Below, piece by piece: positions 31,685-33,377 of a DNA stretch of 33,377 nt. Position numbers and translations under genes: made by a program. The notes under the pieces were generated by a model, which saw only the letters and a list, made by a program, of their open reading frames with translations, did no database searches and was not told the origin of the DNA. Numbering within the stretch: position 1 is the first letter of the stretch; each line of letters begins with the position of its first letter. The stretch lies in contig JBDRLK010000353.1 of NCBI GenBank assembly GCA_043813155.1, forward strand, positions 1 to 33,377, given 5' to 3'. Source of the DNA: Pseudomonadota bacterium (lineage in GTDB: Bacteria; Myxococcota_A; Polyangia; DRWM01).

Positions 31685-33377
31685 CTACTCTAAAGACACG
31701 GAAGGTTCAAGGACAAAAGACGGTGAATCGCTGAAGGTCTCGCTGCCCCAGTTGATCAGGGTCCATTCGCCTGAAGCTGATTTTCCCTCCAGCGGCATGC
31801 CGTCTTCCTGGAGGAAGTCGGCGGCGCCGGAAAATTCCAGGAAGGGGAGGCTGGTATCGATGCCCTCTGCGTTCTGCTCTATTTCCTGGACGATTTCGGT
31901 TATGATGTCGCTGCACAGTGCCCTGTACCATTCGGTTGGGTCGTCGGGTGGGGCCAGTGCCTCCAAGGCTCCATGACCGGCCAGCACAGCGGCTATCTCA
32001 TCACACTTGATCTTTTCCAGGAGCCAGACGCTGAACGGGACCGAGCCGGCATCAATATCCGTAATTTCGGGTAGCCCGACACGCCCGGATATGGCAAGCA
32101 GAAGGCTGCCCCCGCCAATGGGCAGCGTAATGGGACCATCAGCAGACCCCAGCACGGCGATATCGCGGTCATAGGAAACTGCAATGAGCGACTCCCTGTT
32201 CTCGCTGTCCACGCCCAACTCCTCCATGAGCGTTTTTTCGCCTACCACCACGGATTCCAGGATGTGCTTGGCCGTGAACGAGTCGTCGGGGTCTTCGGGC
32301 CAGAAGTCTTTCTCGAGCCTGCCCGCGAGCGTTACCGAACCGATGGACGTGCCGAGCAGGGTTTTGAGCTCACTGATTTCTTCCGCCAGGCTGTCGGCTC
32401 CCCAATCCGACAGAATATCGATAACAGCCTCGTAGATGTCAGGCCGCGCATTGTAGAAAATATCCTGCTGGGCTTCATCCAGCCTGTTTTGAATCTCATC
32501 GAGCAGAAAATCCGCAATAGAAGCGACAGGAACCGCGAGGGGTTCGAGCGGCGCAAGAAGGGGATCAACGCTGCCCGCGAGCAGCTCCCGTGCGTTGAAG
32601 TCCGTGCCGGTCGTGAAGGCTTCGCGGGGAAAAATAGTCGATATCGTCAGCGACGGCAATGGTGACAGTGTCGGGCGAGGTCAGCTGGGTGACCAGGTTT
32701 TCCCTGCATCCCGCGACCCATGGGACACACTCCCCATCCGGCTCGTCTTCCGGAACGCAGGGAAAGCCGCGCAGGACAACGGTGAACGTCATGCTTTCCG
32801 GGAGGTGGGAGAACATGACCGGCGATTCCTCCGGCGTTGTATTCATCAGGTAACCCGGCTCTTCCCCCTCTGCCGGGCAGCTTGCGTGCTCGTGGAGATG
32901 AATTTCATAATGATCGATGTGCCTTCTGCCCCCGTAGAAAGGCTCGATCTTCAGTATTCCGTTATCCGATGAAATTATCCTGATGCCTATCTCGCTCTGC
33001 GCGCCGTCCCGTGCAACCGCCCTGAGCGAGAACTCCGTGTTTATGCTGCCGGCAATGATGCCGGCCGTAAAATGCCCGTCTTCTCCTGTCTCGACAGTCG
33101 TTTCCTCGAGCGAGGCGTCAAAGGCATTGCCGAGCAGGGAAAGGGTAATGGTTGTCTGTGATGGAACCCCAAGAGGATCGAGGTAGTGGCCTGAAACAGA
33201 TTCCCGCTGCCTGGGGCTCAGGTCGACATTGCCTTCATGGTCGAACTCCAGCGATCCGGTGGGCGCCTCTTCATCCTCCCAGTCTGTTTGCGCGTCCGTA
33301 TCCGGCTGGCTCACATCCGTTGCCCCGCAGCCTGCGGAAAGCAGGGCGGCCGCAAGCATCACGGGCCACGCGCATAT
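31685..33377 (-). pseudogene. large acidic lipoprotein gene interrupted by a 1-nt frameshift (5' end beyond the window)
   Basis: ORFs 32565..33362 and 31685..32659 overlap by 95 nt in different frames. The protein-like reading switches frame at the T5C4 run (G4A5 at 32626..32634 on the + strand). The upstream frame stays open to the window edge (...ICAWPVMLAAALLSAGC lipobox). Confidence 0.5.

Noticed and set aside
1-33377. tRNA, rRNA, transposase, integrase, phage, toxin-antitoxin or known defence-system genes.
   Set aside because: I scanned non-coding gaps and all ORF translations by eye. I saw no T-loop-like GGTTCGAATCC context, no DDE or recombinase motifs, and no nuclease or NTPase pairs typical of defence islands.

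Overview
GC-rich bacterial chromosomal segment. The gene content (flavin-based oxidoreductase modules, B12 acyl-CoA mutase, succinate dehydrogenase) and the secreted-protein motifs (MopE-like CNGxDDDCD repeats, CGNGxxExGEECDDG repeat, GCGC C-terminal tail) suggest an anaerobic deltaproteobacterium-like organism. I found about 30 protein genes and no rRNA, tRNA, CRISPR array, transposase or phage genes. The main item is a co-directional cluster on the + strand at about 4.5-17 kb. It has a sigma54-type promoter, then a receiver(REC)-GcvH-like fusion, then a REC-NuoE fusion. A tightly overlapping signalling cassette follows: DRTGG, RsbW-like kinase, a sensory-type [FeFe]-hydrogenase-like protein, a second DRTGG and a PHP phosphoesterase. 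After that come a second GHKL ATPase, a small thioredoxin-like ferredoxin, a NuoF-GltD fusion and a NuoG/formate-dehydrogenase-like subunit that lacks the Cys/Sec-His active site. It looks like a Stn/SfrAB-like NAD(P)H/ferredoxin oxidoreductase wired to an H2- or redox-sensor cassette, with receiver domains built into the enzyme. No catalytic hydrogenase, no HisKA kinase and no DNA-binding output are visible. Other content: sdhA-sdhC (- strand); two 2-TM membrane proteins; two Cys-rich lipoproteins flanking a PAS3-GGDEF cyclase; a PlsB-like/GpsA/App1-like glycerolipid operon; a DUF4091-like secreted protein; a Cys-rich Fe-S protein; a split B12 acyl-CoA mutase with a hexaglycine replacement in a conserved segment; and a frameshifted lipoprotein gene at the right edge. 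Intergenic gaps, including gaps inside the big cluster, are filled with a family of GC-rich hairpin repeats. These include a 4 x 63 bp array, two 36-bp tandem pairs, a 238-bp element with terminal inverted repeats, and a 125-bp element bounded by a perfect 27-bp inverted repeat that carries twin palindromes. All functional calls come from motif recognition by eye and no searches were run.
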